Assembly (NCBI GenBank): GCA_963788685.1
Contig: CAWBHP010000001.1
Location: forward strand, 48,661 to 112,660
DNA from: an uncultured Chloroflexia bacterium
Lineage (GTDB): Bacteria; Chloroflexota; Limnocylindria; Limnocylindrales; CSP1-4
Direction of reading: 5' to 3'
Length of the DNA: 64,000 nucleotides
The position numbers and the translations under genes are program-made. This document shows, in pieces, positions 40,711 to 52,347 of this stretch. Position 1 is the first letter of the stretch; every line of letters starts with the position of its first letter. The notes under the pieces were generated by a model that saw nothing but the letters and a program-made list of their open reading frames with translations, was not told the DNA's origin and searched no databases.

Positions 40711-43469
40711 GCCGGGCTTCCGACCGTTCGCGTCACCGTGGCTTCGATCGCGGCGAGTGCATCGGGCAGCCCTTCCCGGCGCGAGCCCTTGCCCTGGGCC
40801 ATTTCGGGTCGACCGCCACCCCGGCCGTCGATCGCGGCGACGGCCTCACGCACGAGGTCTCCCGCCGAGATTCCGCGACCGACGAGGTCGTCGCTGACCG
40901 TCACGAAGATCTGCGGCTCGTCCGCGTCCAGGCCGAGGGCGATGACGCCCGAGTCGAACACTCCGCGGACGTCCTTGGCGGCGGCCTTCAGCGCGTCGAT
41001 CGATTCGTATGGCCCGGCGAAGCTCACGAGGCTCACGCCTGGGGCTACCTCCTGGGAGGCCGCGGCGAGCTCGCCCGGCTTCGGCAGCCCCGCTCCCCCG
41101 CCCGCCTTCAGCCGACGCCGCGTCTCGCGGAGTTCGTCCTGGAGCGCCCGGATTCGATCGGGAAGGGCCTCGGCCGACTGGGCACCGGCTGTATCCGTGG
41201 CGGCTTCGAGCGTCGCGAGCCGCGCGTCGAGCCAGGCGTCCGCCCCGGCGCCCGTGAGGGCCTCGATCCGGCGCATCCCCGAGCCGATCGACCGCTCGCC
41301 GGTGATGACGAAGCCGCCGATCTGGCCGGTCGCGCGGCAATGCGTCCCGCCGCACAGCTCGTGGCTGTAGCCCTCGACCCGGACCGTTCGGACGGTTTCG
41401 CCGTACTTCTCGTCGAAGAACGCGTCGGCCCCGGAAGCGATGGCCTCCTGCATCGTCATGAAGCTGGGAGTGACGGTTCGGTCATCGCGGATGACCCGCC
41501 GCACCTCCGCCTCGATCGCCGCCAGCTCGTTCCGTTCCAGTCCGCGGTCCAGGGGGAAGTCGAACCGGAGGTAGTCCGGGGTCACGAGCGAGCCCGCCTG
41601 GCGTGCGCCCTCCCCGACGACGTTGCGAAGCGCCCGGTGCAGCAGGTGCGTTCCCGTGTGGTTGCGCATGGTGTGGGCGCGCCGCTCAGCGTCGACGACG
41701 GCATCAACCGTCTCGCCGACCCGCAGCCGCCCGTGAAGCGTCCCGCGATGGACGATCAGCCCACCGAGCGGCCGCTGGGTGTCGCTTACGGCGAACAACG
41801 GCGACCCGCCTCCGGCCTCTCGTAGCTCGCCGCGGTCGCCGATCTGGCCGCCACCCTCCGCATAGAACGGCGTCCGATCGAGCACGACCTCGGCCTCGCC
41901 CTGGCCGGTCAGCTCGTCGAACTCGATGCCGTCACGGACGATCGCGACGACCCGGCCCTGCGACTCCGTGCCCTCGTAGCCCAGGAACTGCGTGTCGCCG
42001 GCTCGAGCGTGGATCGCTCCGTAGAGAGCCGCCGTCTCGGCCTGCTTCGACAACTCTGCCTTCTTGCCGCTCCTGCTCCGCTCGCGCTGTTCGGCGAGAG
42101 CGGACTCGAACCCGTCGCGGTCGACCCGGACCCCGTACTCGGCCGCCAGCTCGACCGTCAGGTCGAACGGGAATCCGAACGTGTCGTGGAGCTTGAAGGC
42201 GACGTCGCCCGGCAGGATCGGGGCGTCCGGCGGCAGGTCCTCCGCCCGACGTCCGACCGTCCGCTCGGTGGCCGCGATCCCGGCGAGAGCCTCCTCGAGC
42301 AGCTTCGTGCCCGCGTCGAGCGTCCGGCCGAACTGCGCCTCTTCCCGCCCGATCGCCGCAAGGACCTCGTCCCGGCGCTCGAGCAGGTGCGGGTAGGCGT
42401 CGGCCATCGTGTCGATGACGACCGTGGCGGTCTCCGCCATGAACGGCTCGCGCCGCCCGAGCAGCCTGCCGTGGCGGACCGCGCGGCGAAGGATCCGGCG
42501 AAGGACGTAGCCGCGGCCCTCGTTCGACGGCAGGACGCCGTCAGCGACGAGGAACGTCACGGCCCGGGAGTGGTCCGCGATCACCTGGTAGCTGAAGCGC
42601 TCGGCCTCGAAGGCGTCGGGGTCGTGGCCCAGCAGCTCCCGCATCCGGGCGTGGATCGGCTGGAAGATGTCGATGTCGTAGTTCGTCGGGACCTGCTGCA
42701 GAACGCTGGCCAGGCGTTCGAGGCCAAGGCCTGTGTCGACACTCGTGAACGGCAGCGGGTGGCGGCCGTCCGGCCGCTGGTCGAATTCCATGAAGACCAG
42801 ATTCCAGATCTCCAGCCAGCGGGGGCACGTCTCGCTGTGGTCAGGTATGCAGTGCGGCCCCTCCGAGAATTGCTCGCCGCGGTCGAAGTGGATCTCGCTG
42901 CACGGCCCGCACGGGCCCGTCTCGGCCATCCGCCAGAAGTTCTTGTCGTCGCCGGCGTCGACGTTGCCCCACTTCGCCATCCGCTCCGGGGGCAGCCCGA
43001 TCTCGTCGCGCCAGACGTTCCAGGCGACCTCGTCATCGGTGTAGGTCGTCGCGGCCAGCCGTTCCGGCGGGATTCCGAGATCCGTGGTCAGGAAACCCCA
43101 CGCCCACTGGATCGCGTCGCGCTTGAAGTAGTCGCCGAAGCTCCAGTTGCCGAGCATCTCGAACAACGTGTGATGGCGCGGCGTCCTGCCGACCTCCTCG
43201 AAATCGTTGTGCTTGCCGGCGACCCGCAGGACGCGCTGGTAGTCGGCCGCCCGGTTGTACGAGCGCTTCTCGGCGCCGGTGAAGACATCCTTGAACTGGA
43301 CCATGCCCGAGTTCGTGAAGAGGAGCGTCTGGTCACCCGCCGGAACGAGGCTCGCGCTGGGCACGATCGTGTGACCGCGTTCCTCGAAATACTCGAGAAA
43401 CCGCCTGCGGATCTCGGCCGAGGACAGCGGCTTGATCCTTGCGTCGTGGGTGACGGGCGGACTCGGCAT
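40707..43469 (-). CDS. alaS: Alanine--tRNA ligase
   Basis: LLFTNSGMVQFK, HHTLFEMLGNWSFGDYFK, GPCGPCSEI, NHTGTHLL, ELCGGTH, GGGRPEMAQG. Confidence 0.98.
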   Translation of the reverse strand: MPSPPVTHDARIKPLSSAEIRRRFLEYFEERGHTIVPSASLVPAGDQTLLFTNSGMVQFKDVFTGAEKRSYNRAADYQRVLRVAGKHNDFEEVGRTPRHHTLFEMLGNWSFGDYFKRDAIQWAWGFLTTDLGIPPERLAATTYTDDEVAWNVWRDEIGLPPERMAKWGNVDAGDDKNFWRMAETGPCGPCSEIHFDRGEQFSEGPHCIPDHSETCPRWLEIWNLVFMEFDQRPDGRHPLPFTSVDTGLGLERLASVLQQVPTNYDIDIFQPIHARMRELLGHDPDAFEAERFSYQVIADHSRAVTFLVADGVLPSNEGRGYVLRRILRRAVRHGRLLGRREPFMAETATVVIDTMADAYPHLLERRDEVLAAIGREEAQFGRTLDAGTKLLEEALAGIAATERTVGRRAEDLPPDAPILPGDVAFKLHDTFGFPFDLTVELAAEYGVRVDRDGFESALAEQRERSRSGKKAELSKQAETAALYGAIHARAGDTQFLGYEGTESQGRVVAIVRDGIEFDELTGQGEAEVVLDRTPFYAEGGGQIGDRGELREAGGGSPLFAVSDTQRPLGGLIVHRGTLHGRLRVGETVDAVVDAERRAHTMRNHTGTHLLHRALRNVVGEGARQAGSLVTPDYLRFDFPLDRGLERNELAAIEAEVRRVIRDDRTVTPSFMTMQEAIASGADAFFDEKYGETVRTVRVEGYSHELCGGTHCRATGQIGGFVITGERSIGSGMRRIEALTGAGADAWLDARLATLEAATDTAGAQSAEALPDRIRALQDELRETRRRLKAGGGAGLPKPGELAAASQEVAPGVSLVSFAGPYESIDALKAAAKDVRGVFDSGVIALGLDADEPQIFVTVSDDLVGRGISAGDLVREAVAAIDGRGGGRPEMAQGKGSRREGLPDALAAIEATVTRTVGSPA

Positions 43470-43583
43470 CGGCCGCAATGGTACCGAACGGGCGATCTAC
43501 GGACCGGGGCGTCTCCGGCCGACCGGGCCGATCGTTCCACCGCGCCTGCTACAGTCCGGCCACGACCGTCCCTGGGAGCTCCG

Positions 43584-43946
43584 ATGCCCGTCGTCGCGAA
43601 CGTTCTCGTCCTGGCCGTGGCCGCGATCCACGTCTACATCCTCGTCCTCGAGATGTTCCTGTGGCGGACCGAGCGGGGTCGCCGGTCGTTCGGCACCGAC
43701 CAGGCATTCGCCGACCAGTCCGCGACGCTCGCCGCGAACCAGGGCCTCTACAACGGGATCCTGGCCGCGGGCCTCGCCTGGGGCGTGATCGCGCCTGATC
43801 CCGTGGGTTTCCAGGTGAAGCTGTTCTTCCTCGCGGCGGTTGCCATCGCCGGCATCTACGGCGCGGCGACCGTCAATCGGCGGATCCTGTTCGTCCAGAC
43901 CGTGCCCGCGGTCATCGCCCTCGCCGCGGTGCTGCTCGCGCGCTAG
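43584..43946 (+). CDS. DUF1304 family membrane protein
   Basis: VAAIHVYILVLEMFLW...LAANQGLYNG...AGIYGAAT..ILFVQTVPA. Confidence 0.88.
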   Translation: MPVVANVLVLAVAAIHVYILVLEMFLWRTERGRRSFGTDQAFADQSATLAANQGLYNGILAAGLAWGVIAPDPVGFQVKLFFLAAVAIAGIYGAATVNRRILFVQTVPAVIALAAVLLAR

Positions 43947-43962
43947 GCCCTGCCGCGGCCGA

Positions 43963-45835
43963 TCAGGTGACCGGAAGAAGCTCCACCAGGGACACCGACG
44001 GCATCGGCAGGTTGAAGTCGAACGTGAGCCGGCCGTCGCCGGCGACCGAAACCTCGTGCTCAGGCTCGAGCTCGTCGAGCTTGTCGGCGGCCCGCAGGCG
44101 CTCCCACGCGGCTTTGTCGGGCCAGTCGCCGCCGCTCTCCCAGTGCGCTGCGATGTTCGAGTGGCTCGCGTCGACCCGGCGGTGCCGTACTCCGAATGGC
44201 ACCCGGCGCAAGCCCCTCGACGGTGAGCTGGATCGTCGCGATCGAGGAGGCTGTCGCCGTCGGCCTTCGTCTGATCGATCGTCCCGTTCCAGAGCGCGAT
44301 CGCAACGCGACCGTCGGCGTCGCGTCGAGGCCCACGCCTCGACGAGCCCGCCGGCCCCATCGCCGTCCATCGTCGGCCGGCAGCTCCCGCTCGCCCAGCA
44401 TCTCGAGGACACGCGATCGCCCAGAAACGGGGCTTGCGCAGGTTGCCGATCGTCAGCAGGCCGAAACCGCCATGGAAGAGTCGCTCGGGCTACGCCGAGC
44501 TCGACGAAGTGGTCCGAGGCGACCCAGTAGGCAAGCGACTCGAGGCGACCGGCGGCCGAGCGCATGCCGCGGGCAACGAGCGGCGCGGCCCAGACGCTGT
44601 CGTTGATCGGCGAGCCGTGGGTCGGCGAGACGCCCCACTCGGTCCACCACAACGGGATGTCCGGCTCGTCCGAAACGCGAGCGGCGATCGGGCGGAGGTC
44701 GAGCGGTGGGAGGCCGTACGTGTGGGTCGAGAGGAAGTCGAGCGGCACGTCGGCCTCCGCGACGTGAGTCCAGGAGGTCGTCGACCCAGCCGACGGCCGC
44801 GGTCGCCGGACCGCCGACCCGCAACGTCGGATCGACCGACCTGACCGCCCGGACCGATCGCGTCGTACAGGTCGAAGTAGGCGGCCTCGTCCGCCGACCA
44901 GAAGACCCGCAGGTTCGGTTCGTTCCAGACCTCGAACGCCCAGCTCCGCACCTCGTCCTGGCCGAACCGGTCGATGAGGTGCGCGGACGAGCCGGCGACG
45001 AGCGTCCGACCAGCGCCCCATGTCGCGCGGCGGCGAGATGATCCCGACGTAGTCGAAGACGGACTGCGTCCGGGTCCGACGGCGAGATCCCGGGGCATGA
45101 ACGACAGCTCGATGACCGGCCGCAGCCCGGTGGCGAGCAGCCGATCGAGAACGGCGTCGACCCGCTCGAAATCGTGGATCGGCTGGCCGTCACGCTCGCG
45201 GTAGACGCCGAGGACTGTCGTGGAAGATCGCGTGGGCGCGGACCATCTGCGGCCCCGAGCTCGCGCGCGGACGATCCGGAACGCCTCGGTCAGCTCGTCG
45301 CCGACGTGATGGCCGCCCGGCCCCTCGCCTCGGAGCAGGAGGGCGAGATGCTCGGAGCCGATGATCGGGCGCCACGGACGCTCGACGGGCCCGCCGTCGG
45401 CAGCCGGCATCGACCTGCGACGCTCACCGCGGCATCGGCCGCCCGCCGTGGCCGCGAGCCCTCGGCCGGCGCCGACAACGGCCCGACCGGCGCGTCGATC
45501 GATGGCAGGGCCGGCGACCGCGTACCAGGCGACGGTCCCGGGCGTCGCCGGTCGTGTCGACGTACGGGCGGATGAGGGACGGCAAGCAGATCCCCGGCCC
45601 GGTGATCGATCGCGTGCCACGGCCCATCCGCGCTCGGCCGCGCGATGGACGAGATAGCCGGCGGCGCCCGTCGACCGGGCCGCCAGTCGACGGTCACCTG
45701 TCCGCGGCCGGACCTCGCCACGACGCCGTCGGGCGCCGGTAGCGTCGACGGCGGGCGCCGGGCCGGTTACGTTCTGCCTGGGCCCCGGCCTCCTCGAACC
45801 AGGCGATCCTGGCCGACGCGGCGCTCGGACGTCAC
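43963..45835 (-). CDS. GH39 family glycoside hydrolase, multiple frameshifts
   Basis: VRAHAIFHD, IELSFMP, FEVWNEPNL, DFLSTHTYG, WWTEW, YWVASDHF. Confidence 0.85.
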
Positions 45836-47371
45836 GCAGTGGAGGCCGGTCGGCCGCGGCGCGCGGCCCGGCGTTGAACGTTTCCATCCCGATGATCGGC
45901 TGGAGCACCTTGCGGACGGCCTTGGTCGCGAAGGCGTCACGCAGGACGTCGCCGGCAAGGGCGTTGCCGATCGCGGCCATGATGATCCCCTGGTCGAGCG
46001 ACAGGTAGAAGTTGGAGACCGTCCCGGTATCCACGTTGACCGAGTCGCGGAAGCCCCACTTGTCGTAGATGGCGAAGTCCGACTCGAGGTTGGCGAGGTT
46101 GTCCAACACCATGTCGGGCGCCCAGCGCAGGGCGAGGAACGCCGCGTGCGGGGTGACGACGCCGTCGGTGTAGGCGGATGGCGGCGGATCGGGCTGCGGT
46201 ACGCGGCCGGGCAGTCGCTCGAAGCCGCGGTCGACGAGGGTGTTGTCCTCGTTCGACGCGTAGCCGCTCGGGGTTCATGCCCGATCGCGTCGACGCCGTA
46301 CTCGCGGTAGCCGCCTTCGGGGATGTTCGCCGGCGAGAAGCCCCAGTAGCCGTACTCGGCCTCGACGAGGCCGTGGTGGATCTGGGCGGCGACCGTCAGC
46401 GGGTGGTTGACCGCCCAGCTCCGCGGGCCCCACTGCTCTTCGGGAACGAACAGCGGCCGGCATGAGCGCCTCGAACATGCTGCCGCCCCAGCCCGGGCAC
46501 GACGCGGAAGTCCTCGTACGGGTAGGCGCCCTCGAAGACGTTGACCCCGAGGTACGTCCGCGTGAAGCCGACCGGCCTCGTCTCGTGCCAGTTCCAGTCG
46601 CAGGTGTCCGGGAAGGTCCGCCAGGCGCCGAAGTACTCCTTGCGCCGGCAGCTCGCCCGTGGCGATCCCGATGTAACTGGCGATCCGGCTCTCGCTGACG
46701 ATCGTGTCGTAGCAGCACGGCGACGGCCCCGGTGCTCGGGCGCGTAGTGGAACGGCGATCCGGTTGACGTCGGGCCGGTAGTAGAACCCGAAGTCCATGC
46801 TGTCGAACAGGGCTCCGGGCGCGCTCTGCGACCTCGGGAACGGTGTTGGCGACGACCTGCATGGCGGTCGCGAGCCAGCCGTTGTCGACGGACGACAGGA
46901 TCGGCGACGAGCGGGTCGCCGGTCGGCGGCCAGACGGTGAGCTTCGCGCCGGTCGTGGTGGTCGTACCAGTTGAAGAACTGGCCGCTCGGCTCGATGTCG
47001 CTCCATCGTCTCGAGCGACTCGAGCGTCTCGTCCAGCCGGGCGACCGCCTCGTCATGATCGATGATCCCGAGACGCTCGGCGACGACCGTGCTCCACATG
47101 TACGCGCCGATGTTCGTCGTCGACGTCTGGACGCTCGCGGTGCCGTCGGCGCGCAGGCTGTCGGCCGGCAGCCCGGTCTCCTCGTCGGTCATCGCCACGA
47201 ACGCTGCCCAAGTGTCGCTCGGCGTAGCCCGAGGAGCGTTGCGCGCTGGGCCGGCGGTCAGGCCGCCCGAGCCGGCGGCGAAGGCCGTCGCCGGCGAGGA
47301 CGCGCGGCTGCGATGACGAGCGCGCTGAGGGCCGCGGTCAGGCGGCATGGAGATCTCCGGCGTTGGCGCAT
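45832..47371 (-). CDS. Probably secreted glycoamylase-domain (DUF3131; GH144/GH189-like) protein, multiple frameshifts
   Basis: GLPAD, TSTTNIG, FFNWYD, SSVDNGWL, SESRIASY, WGGSMFEALMP, YWGFSP, VVTPHA, WGFRDSV, LDQG. Confidence 0.8.
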
Positions 47372-47390
47372 GTCGAAACCTCGGCGGCGA

Positions 47391-48273
47391 TCAGCCCTTC
47401 AGGCCGGTCGTTGCAATGCCTTCGGTGATCCAGCGCTGGAACAGGACGAAGATGATCAGGACGGGCACGACGAGGACGACTGAGCCGGCCATGAGCATCC
47501 CGTGGTCGGCCTGGTATTGGCCGGTGGCGAACGTCGCCAGGGCGACAGGCAGCGTGTACATGTTGGGTTCCTGGGCCATCACCAGCGGATAGAGGAAGCT
47601 GTTCCAGCTGCCGAGGAACGTCAGGATCCCGAGCGTCGCCAGGACAGGCGCCGTGATCGGAAGGACGACCTGCCAGAAGATCCGCCAACTCGTTCGCCCC
47701 GTCGATCCGGGCCGCCTCGATGGAGCTCGTCCGGGATGCCGTAGCATGAACTGACGGGTGAGGAAGACCCCGAACGGCCCGACGAGGAACGGCAGGATCA
47801 GGCCCGGGTAGGTGTTCACGAGCCCGAGGTTTCGCATGAGGACGAAGTTCGGGATCAGCGTGATCCCGGCCGGGACCATGAGCGTCGCGAGGACGAGCCC
47901 CATGATCAATCGCTTGCCCCGCCATTGGAGCTTGGCGAGCGCGTAACCGAGCATCGGGCAGAAGAGGACGTTGCCGACGGTCACGACTAGCGCGACCACC
48001 GACGAGTTGAAGAAGAACCGCGGGAAGTCGAGCTGACTGGAAGAGCCGTTCGTAGTTGTCGGTCGTGGGAACGTTCGGCAGGAAGTTGGGCGGGCTGAGG
48101 AGGAATTCGGCCTTGGGCTTGAACGAGCCCAGCAGCATCCACAGGAACGGCCCGACCATGAGCAGGATCCCGACGATCAGCAGCAGAGTAGATCCACCAC
48201 ACGCGCGAAGAGCGCCTGCCAGCATCGCCGCCGCGGGATCGGCGCGGCTCGGTTTCGCCTGAATCGCCGTCAC
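47391..48273 (-). CDS. Carbohydrate ABC transporter permease, frameshifted
   Basis: GYALAK, EAARIDGA loop, WNSFLYPL, TLPVAL. Confidence 0.92.
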
Positions 48274-48286
48274 CGCGGGACCTCCA

Positions 48287-49232
48287 TCACGTCTCGCTCC
48301 GGAGGAACCTGAACTGGAGGAAGGCCACGATCGCGACGATGACGAAGAGGACGTAGGCGATCGCCGAGGCGTAGCCCTGGTGGAAGAACTCGAACCCCTG
48401 CTGGTACATGTACATCGTCACCGAGAGGGTTGCGTCGAGCGGACCACCGTCGGTCATCACGAACGGCTCCTCGAGCAGCTGGAGGTAGCCGATCGTCGTG
48501 ATCACGACCATGAAGAGGATCGTCGGGCGGAGCATCGGCAGGGTCACATAGCGAAAGGCCTGCCAGCGCCCGGCCCCGTCGATCGACGCGGCCTCATAGA
48601 GCGACACCGGGATCGCCTGCAGCCCGGCGACGAAGACGACCATCGCGAATCCGAGATTTCGCCAGACGGCCATCGCGATGATCGATGGCATCGCGAGCGT
48701 CGGACTCGCGAGCCACGCTCGGGCCATTGATCCCGATGTTCTGAAGCAGCATGTTGACCAGGCCAACATCCGGGTTGAGCAGGAACCGCCAGACGACCGC
48801 GATCGCCACGATGCTCGTGATCACCGGCAGGTAGTAGCCCACCCGGAAGGCGGTCCGGAATCTCGTGATTCCGCGGCTGAGCGCGCTCGCGATCAGCAGG
48901 CCGAGCACGAGGGTGAGCGGCACACCCACCACGACGAAGTAGACCGTGTTTCCGAGGGACTTCCAGAACTTCGGATCGGCCAGGAGGTCGATGTAGTTCT
49001 GGGGCCCGATGAATGTCGTCCCGATCGGATTCTGGAGGTCGCTCAGGCCGAAGCTCGTGAAGCTCAAGACGAGGGCGGCGAGGATCGGCAGCGCCAGAAA
49101 GACGCCGAACAGGATGACAAACGGGGCGGCGAACGCCCAGCCCGTCAGGTCATCACGCCAGCCGTGGCGTGGGGCGGCCGGGGCGCTGCCCCGGTCCGCT
49201 ACTTCACGCCGGACGAGCGCTGGAGCCGTCAT
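48287..49232 (-). CDS. Carbohydrate ABC transporter permease, frameshifted
   Basis: LYEAASIDGA, VTLPML, MTDGGP, GYASAIA. Confidence 0.92.
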
Positions 49233-49252
49233 CTCAGGTCGTCCCGATCGAC

Positions 49253-50557
49253 TCAGTTCGTCCCGATCGACTCCGCCTTCTGTTGCATCTCATCCGCGGC
49301 GGCCTGCGGGTCGAGATTGCCGGTCGTCATCTTCTCCAGGGCGTCGTTGATCGCGGACGAGAGCTCACTCCAGGTCGCGCTGACCGGCTGGGCCTTCGTG
49401 TCCTTGAGCTGCTCCCCGAACTTCGCGACGTTCGGGTCCGTCTTGACGGCCGACTCCTCCCAGCCCGACTGGACGGCGGGGAGGTCGCTCGAGGTCGTGT
49501 ACCACAGCGCCTGCGTCTTCGGGTCGGAGGTGAACTTGACGAACGCCCATGCGGCGTCCTTGTTCTGCGAGTTCTTGAAGACGACGAGGTTGCTGCCGCC
49601 AAGGAACGAGGTCCCTGAAGCCTGCTTCGGCATGGGCGCGATCGCCCACTTATCCTCGAAGCCCGCACCGCCGGCTTCCTTGACGCCGGTGAGATGCCAC
49701 GGCCCCGAGAAGAACATGGGGGTGTCGCCCGTGACGAATGGGGTTGCCGGGTCCGTACCCTCGGGGACGGTCGTCGGGGTCAGGCCCTCCTCGAAGAACG
49801 AGTTGTAGAACGTCAGCGCTTCGACTGCCTGGGGGCTGTTGAGTGTCGGCTTGCCGCTCGCATCGACGACGTCACCGCCGTTCGACCAGAGGAACGGGAA
49901 GTACTCCTGCCAGTTCTTCGTTCCGAGTCCGATCCCGTACTTCGAGCCGCCCTGTTCCTTCATCGCCTTCGCGGTTGCCTTCAGGTCATCCCATGTCGCC
50001 GGCGGCGAGGTGATGCCGGCCTTCTCGGCGATGTCGGTCCGGTAGTACAGGAGTCGGGTCTCGACGTACCAGGGCACGCCGGACACCACGCCGTCGATGA
50101 TGTTCGTATTCCACGCGCTCTCGAAATAGGCGCTTGGATCGATGTCCGCCGGGGCGGGTTCGAAGGCGCCGGTCGCCCCGAACTGGCCCATCATGTCCGT
50201 CCCCATCTGGCTGACGTCCGGCGTCGTGTTGCCGGCGATGGCCGTCTGGAGCTTCGCGACCGCCTGGCCCCAATCGACGGGCGTCACGTTGACCTTGACG
50301 CCCGGGTTCGCCGCCATGAATGCGTCCGCGAGGGCGCCGAGCTTGGTCCCCTCGGCACCCATCGCCCAGACAGTCAGCTCGCCGCTGAGGTCGCCGGCCG
50401 GGCTGCCGGCGGTAGACGCAGCCGGCTGGCTGCCGCCAGCGGCCGGTGACCCGCTCGCCCCGACAGCTCCACTCCCCTTGTTCGTGCCGCACGCCGCGAC
50501 GCCAAAGATCAGAACGAACGCGACGAACAGAACCGCCGCGCGTGAGGCGTATCGCAT
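49253..50557 (-). CDS. Sugar ABC transporter substrate-binding lipoprotein
   Basis: Lipobox VAAC; LTVWAMG, PDV, LYYRTD, PATWDDL, GPW, GGSNL; GGAGGAG RBS. Confidence 0.93.
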   Translation of the reverse strand: MRYASRAAVLFVAFVLIFGVAACGTNKGSGAVGASGSPAAGGSQPAASTAGSPAGDLSGELTVWAMGAEGTKLGALADAFMAANPGVKVNVTPVDWGQAVAKLQTAIAGNTTPDVSQMGTDMMGQFGATGAFEPAPADIDPSAYFESAWNTNIIDGVVSGVPWYVETRLLYYRTDIAEKAGITSPPATWDDLKATAKAMKEQGGSKYGIGLGTKNWQEYFPFLWSNGGDVVDASGKPTLNSPQAVEALTFYNSFFEEGLTPTTVPEGTDPATPFVTGDTPMFFSGPWHLTGVKEAGGAGFEDKWAIAPMPKQASGTSFLGGSNLVVFKNSQNKDAAWAFVKFTSDPKTQALWYTTSSDLPAVQSGWEESAVKTDPNVAKFGEQLKDTKAQPVSATWSELSSAINDALEKMTTGNLDPQAAADEMQQKAESIGTN

Positions 50558-50699
50558 CTGGGACTCCTCCATCGGCCAGAGACAGCGATCCGCGGCCTCG
50601 CCGACACCCGACGGTACTCGGGTCATCGGGCGCGACGAGAGGGGGTAATTGCGGTTCCGACTTGCAGGGGCGTTTCAGATGCGTTACAGCGACGGGCCA

Positions 50700-50933
50700 T
50701 GCCGCAGCTACATCCTGGGCGAGTTCACCGACGCGTCGATCACGCTCCTCAGCCTGGGCCGAGCTCGGGCCGACCTGCCGGCGCCTCTGCCAGATCGTCG
50801 AGCCGGCGATTGCGGCGCCGACGAGCGCTCCCAGGATCAGGCCCCGGGCGAACGTGGTCGCGCGCTGATCGTCGCCGGTCACGGCCTCGGCCGCCTGGCT
50901 GAGGCGTGCGATGAGGGAATCGTTGTCGCTCAC
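50700..50933 (-). CDS. Small single-TM protein; 3' end uncertain
   Basis: FARGLILGALVGAAIAG hydrophobic segment; GTG overlaps the upstream stop; no in-frame stop nearby, so an indel is likely. Confidence 0.5.
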
Positions 50934-51211
50934 GGGCCTGCCTTTCGGCGTGTCGGGCCGAGGATCGCGACGATCGAGACGAACGCGATCCCGACCCATG
51001 CCACCACAGATGCCGGTATGAGTCGGAAGTCGCCGATCCGGAGGATGTCGATCCCGAGACGGGCCCCGACTGCGTCGCCCGCCCACGCCCCGAGAACCGC
51101 GGCGACGAGGAGGAGCGGCAGCTGGCCGCCCGCAGAGCCGCGGACGAGGACGTACAGGCTGGTGTGAAAGATGCCGACGAGGAGAGCGAGGATCGGCGCG
51201 GGGCCGATCAT
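50930..51211 (-). CDS. Small 3-TM membrane protein
   Basis: [13 protein letters not shown]...LGAWAG...LRIGDF; coupled to the mnmA stop (TGATG). Confidence 0.7.
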   Translation of the reverse strand: MIGPAPILALLVGIFHTSLYVLVRGSAGGQLPLLLVAAVLGAWAGDAVGARLGIDILRIGDFRLIPASVVAWVGIAFVSIVAILGPTRRKAGP

Positions 51212-52347
51212 CAGGCGCTTGCCCGCAACTCGGGCGCATCGGCGCCGGGGCGGGCGATCCGGCCACCACCGAGGACGATCTCGCCGTCGTACAGGACGCA
51301 CGCCTGGCCGGGCGCGGCGGCCCAGACGGGCTCGTCGGTCTCGACGACCCAGCGACCGCCGCGGGCCGGTTCGGCCGGTGAGGCGGGGCGGATCGTGGCG
51401 GGGATCGGGGTCGCTCGGTGGCGGATCCGGGCCTCGGCGCGGAAGGTTCCGTCGGGAGCGGCCGGCGGGCCACCGGCAACGAAGCTGACTCGCTCGAGAG
51501 GAATCGTCGTTGTCTCGAGATCTTCTCGGCGGCCGAGCTGGATCGTGTTGCTGAGCGGATCGATGCGGCTGACGTAGCGCGGCTCGCCGAGCGCGACTCC
51601 GAGCCCCTGCCGCTGGCCGACCGTGTAGGCCGCCGATCCACGATGCTCCCCCACCCTGTCGCCGCCGACATCGAGCAGAGGCCCCGGCTCGGGCCGCCAG
51701 CCGGCTCGGTCGCGAAGCGCCTCGCGATAGTCGCCGCCGGGGACGAAGCAGATCTCCTGGCTCTCGGGCTTGTCGGCCGTCACGAGGTCGAGGGAGCGGG
51801 CGACCGATCGGACCTCCGGCTTCGTCAGCTCGCCCAGCGGGAATCGAGCGTGCTCAAGCTGGTCCTGGCGGAGCCCGTACAGGAAGTACGTCTGGTCCTT
51901 GTCGGCATCGCGGGCGCGGGCCAGGTGGACCGTGCCGTCGTCGCCGACGACCCGCCGCGCGTAGTGGCCGGTCGCCACCGCATCGCAGTCGTAGAGGTGG
52001 CGAGCCCGACCCAGCAGGGCCCCGAACTTGACGTACGTGTTGCAGTCGACGCAGGGACTCGGCGTCCGGCCGTCGAGGTACGCGTCGAGGAACGGCTGGA
52101 GCACCCCGGCATCGAACTCGCGCTCGAGGTTCATGACGTAGAACGGGATCCCGAGCTGACCGGCGACCCGCCGCGCGTCGTCCGCCGCGTCCAGCGAGCA
52201 GCAGCTCTTCTTGAACTCCGAGTACGAATCCGCGACGTCGTGGAGGCGCATCCAGACGCCGACGACGTCGTGGCCCTGCTCTTTGACGAGCGCGGCCGCG
52301 ACCGAGGAATCCACGCCCCCCGACATCGCCACGAGGATCCGGCTCAC
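51211..52347 (-). CDS. mnmA: tRNA 2-thiouridylase MnmA (CxxC+C type)
   Basis: [42 protein letters not shown]. Confidence 0.97.
   Translation of the reverse strand: MSRILVAMSGGVDSSVAAALVKEQGHDVVGVWMRLHDVADSYSEFKKSCCSLDAADDARRVAGQLGIPFYVMNLEREFDAGVLQPFLDAYLDGRTPSPCVDCNTYVKFGALLGRARHLYDCDAVATGHYARRVVGDDGTVHLARARDADKDQTYFLYGLRQDQLEHARFPLGELTKPEVRSVARSLDLVTADKPESQEICFVPGGDYREALRDRAGWRPEPGPLLDVGGDRVGEHRGSAAYTVGQRQGLGVALGEPRYVSRIDPLSNTIQLGRREDLETTTIPLERVSFVAGGPPAAPDGTFRAEARIRHRATPIPATIRPASPAEPARGGRWVVETDEPVWAAAPGQACVLYDGEIVLGGGRIARPGADAPELRASA

Noticed and set aside
42009-43583. Long antisense ORFs opposite alaS, aspS, recN, typA and others
   Set aside because: Shadow frames caused by GC-rich codon bias; only the last 120 aa of 42009..43946 is a real gene (DUF1304).
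50640-50700. LacI-type operator upstream of the sugar-binding protein
   Set aside because: Only half-site-like TGTAACG/TGAAACG sequences, no clear palindrome and no regulator nearby.
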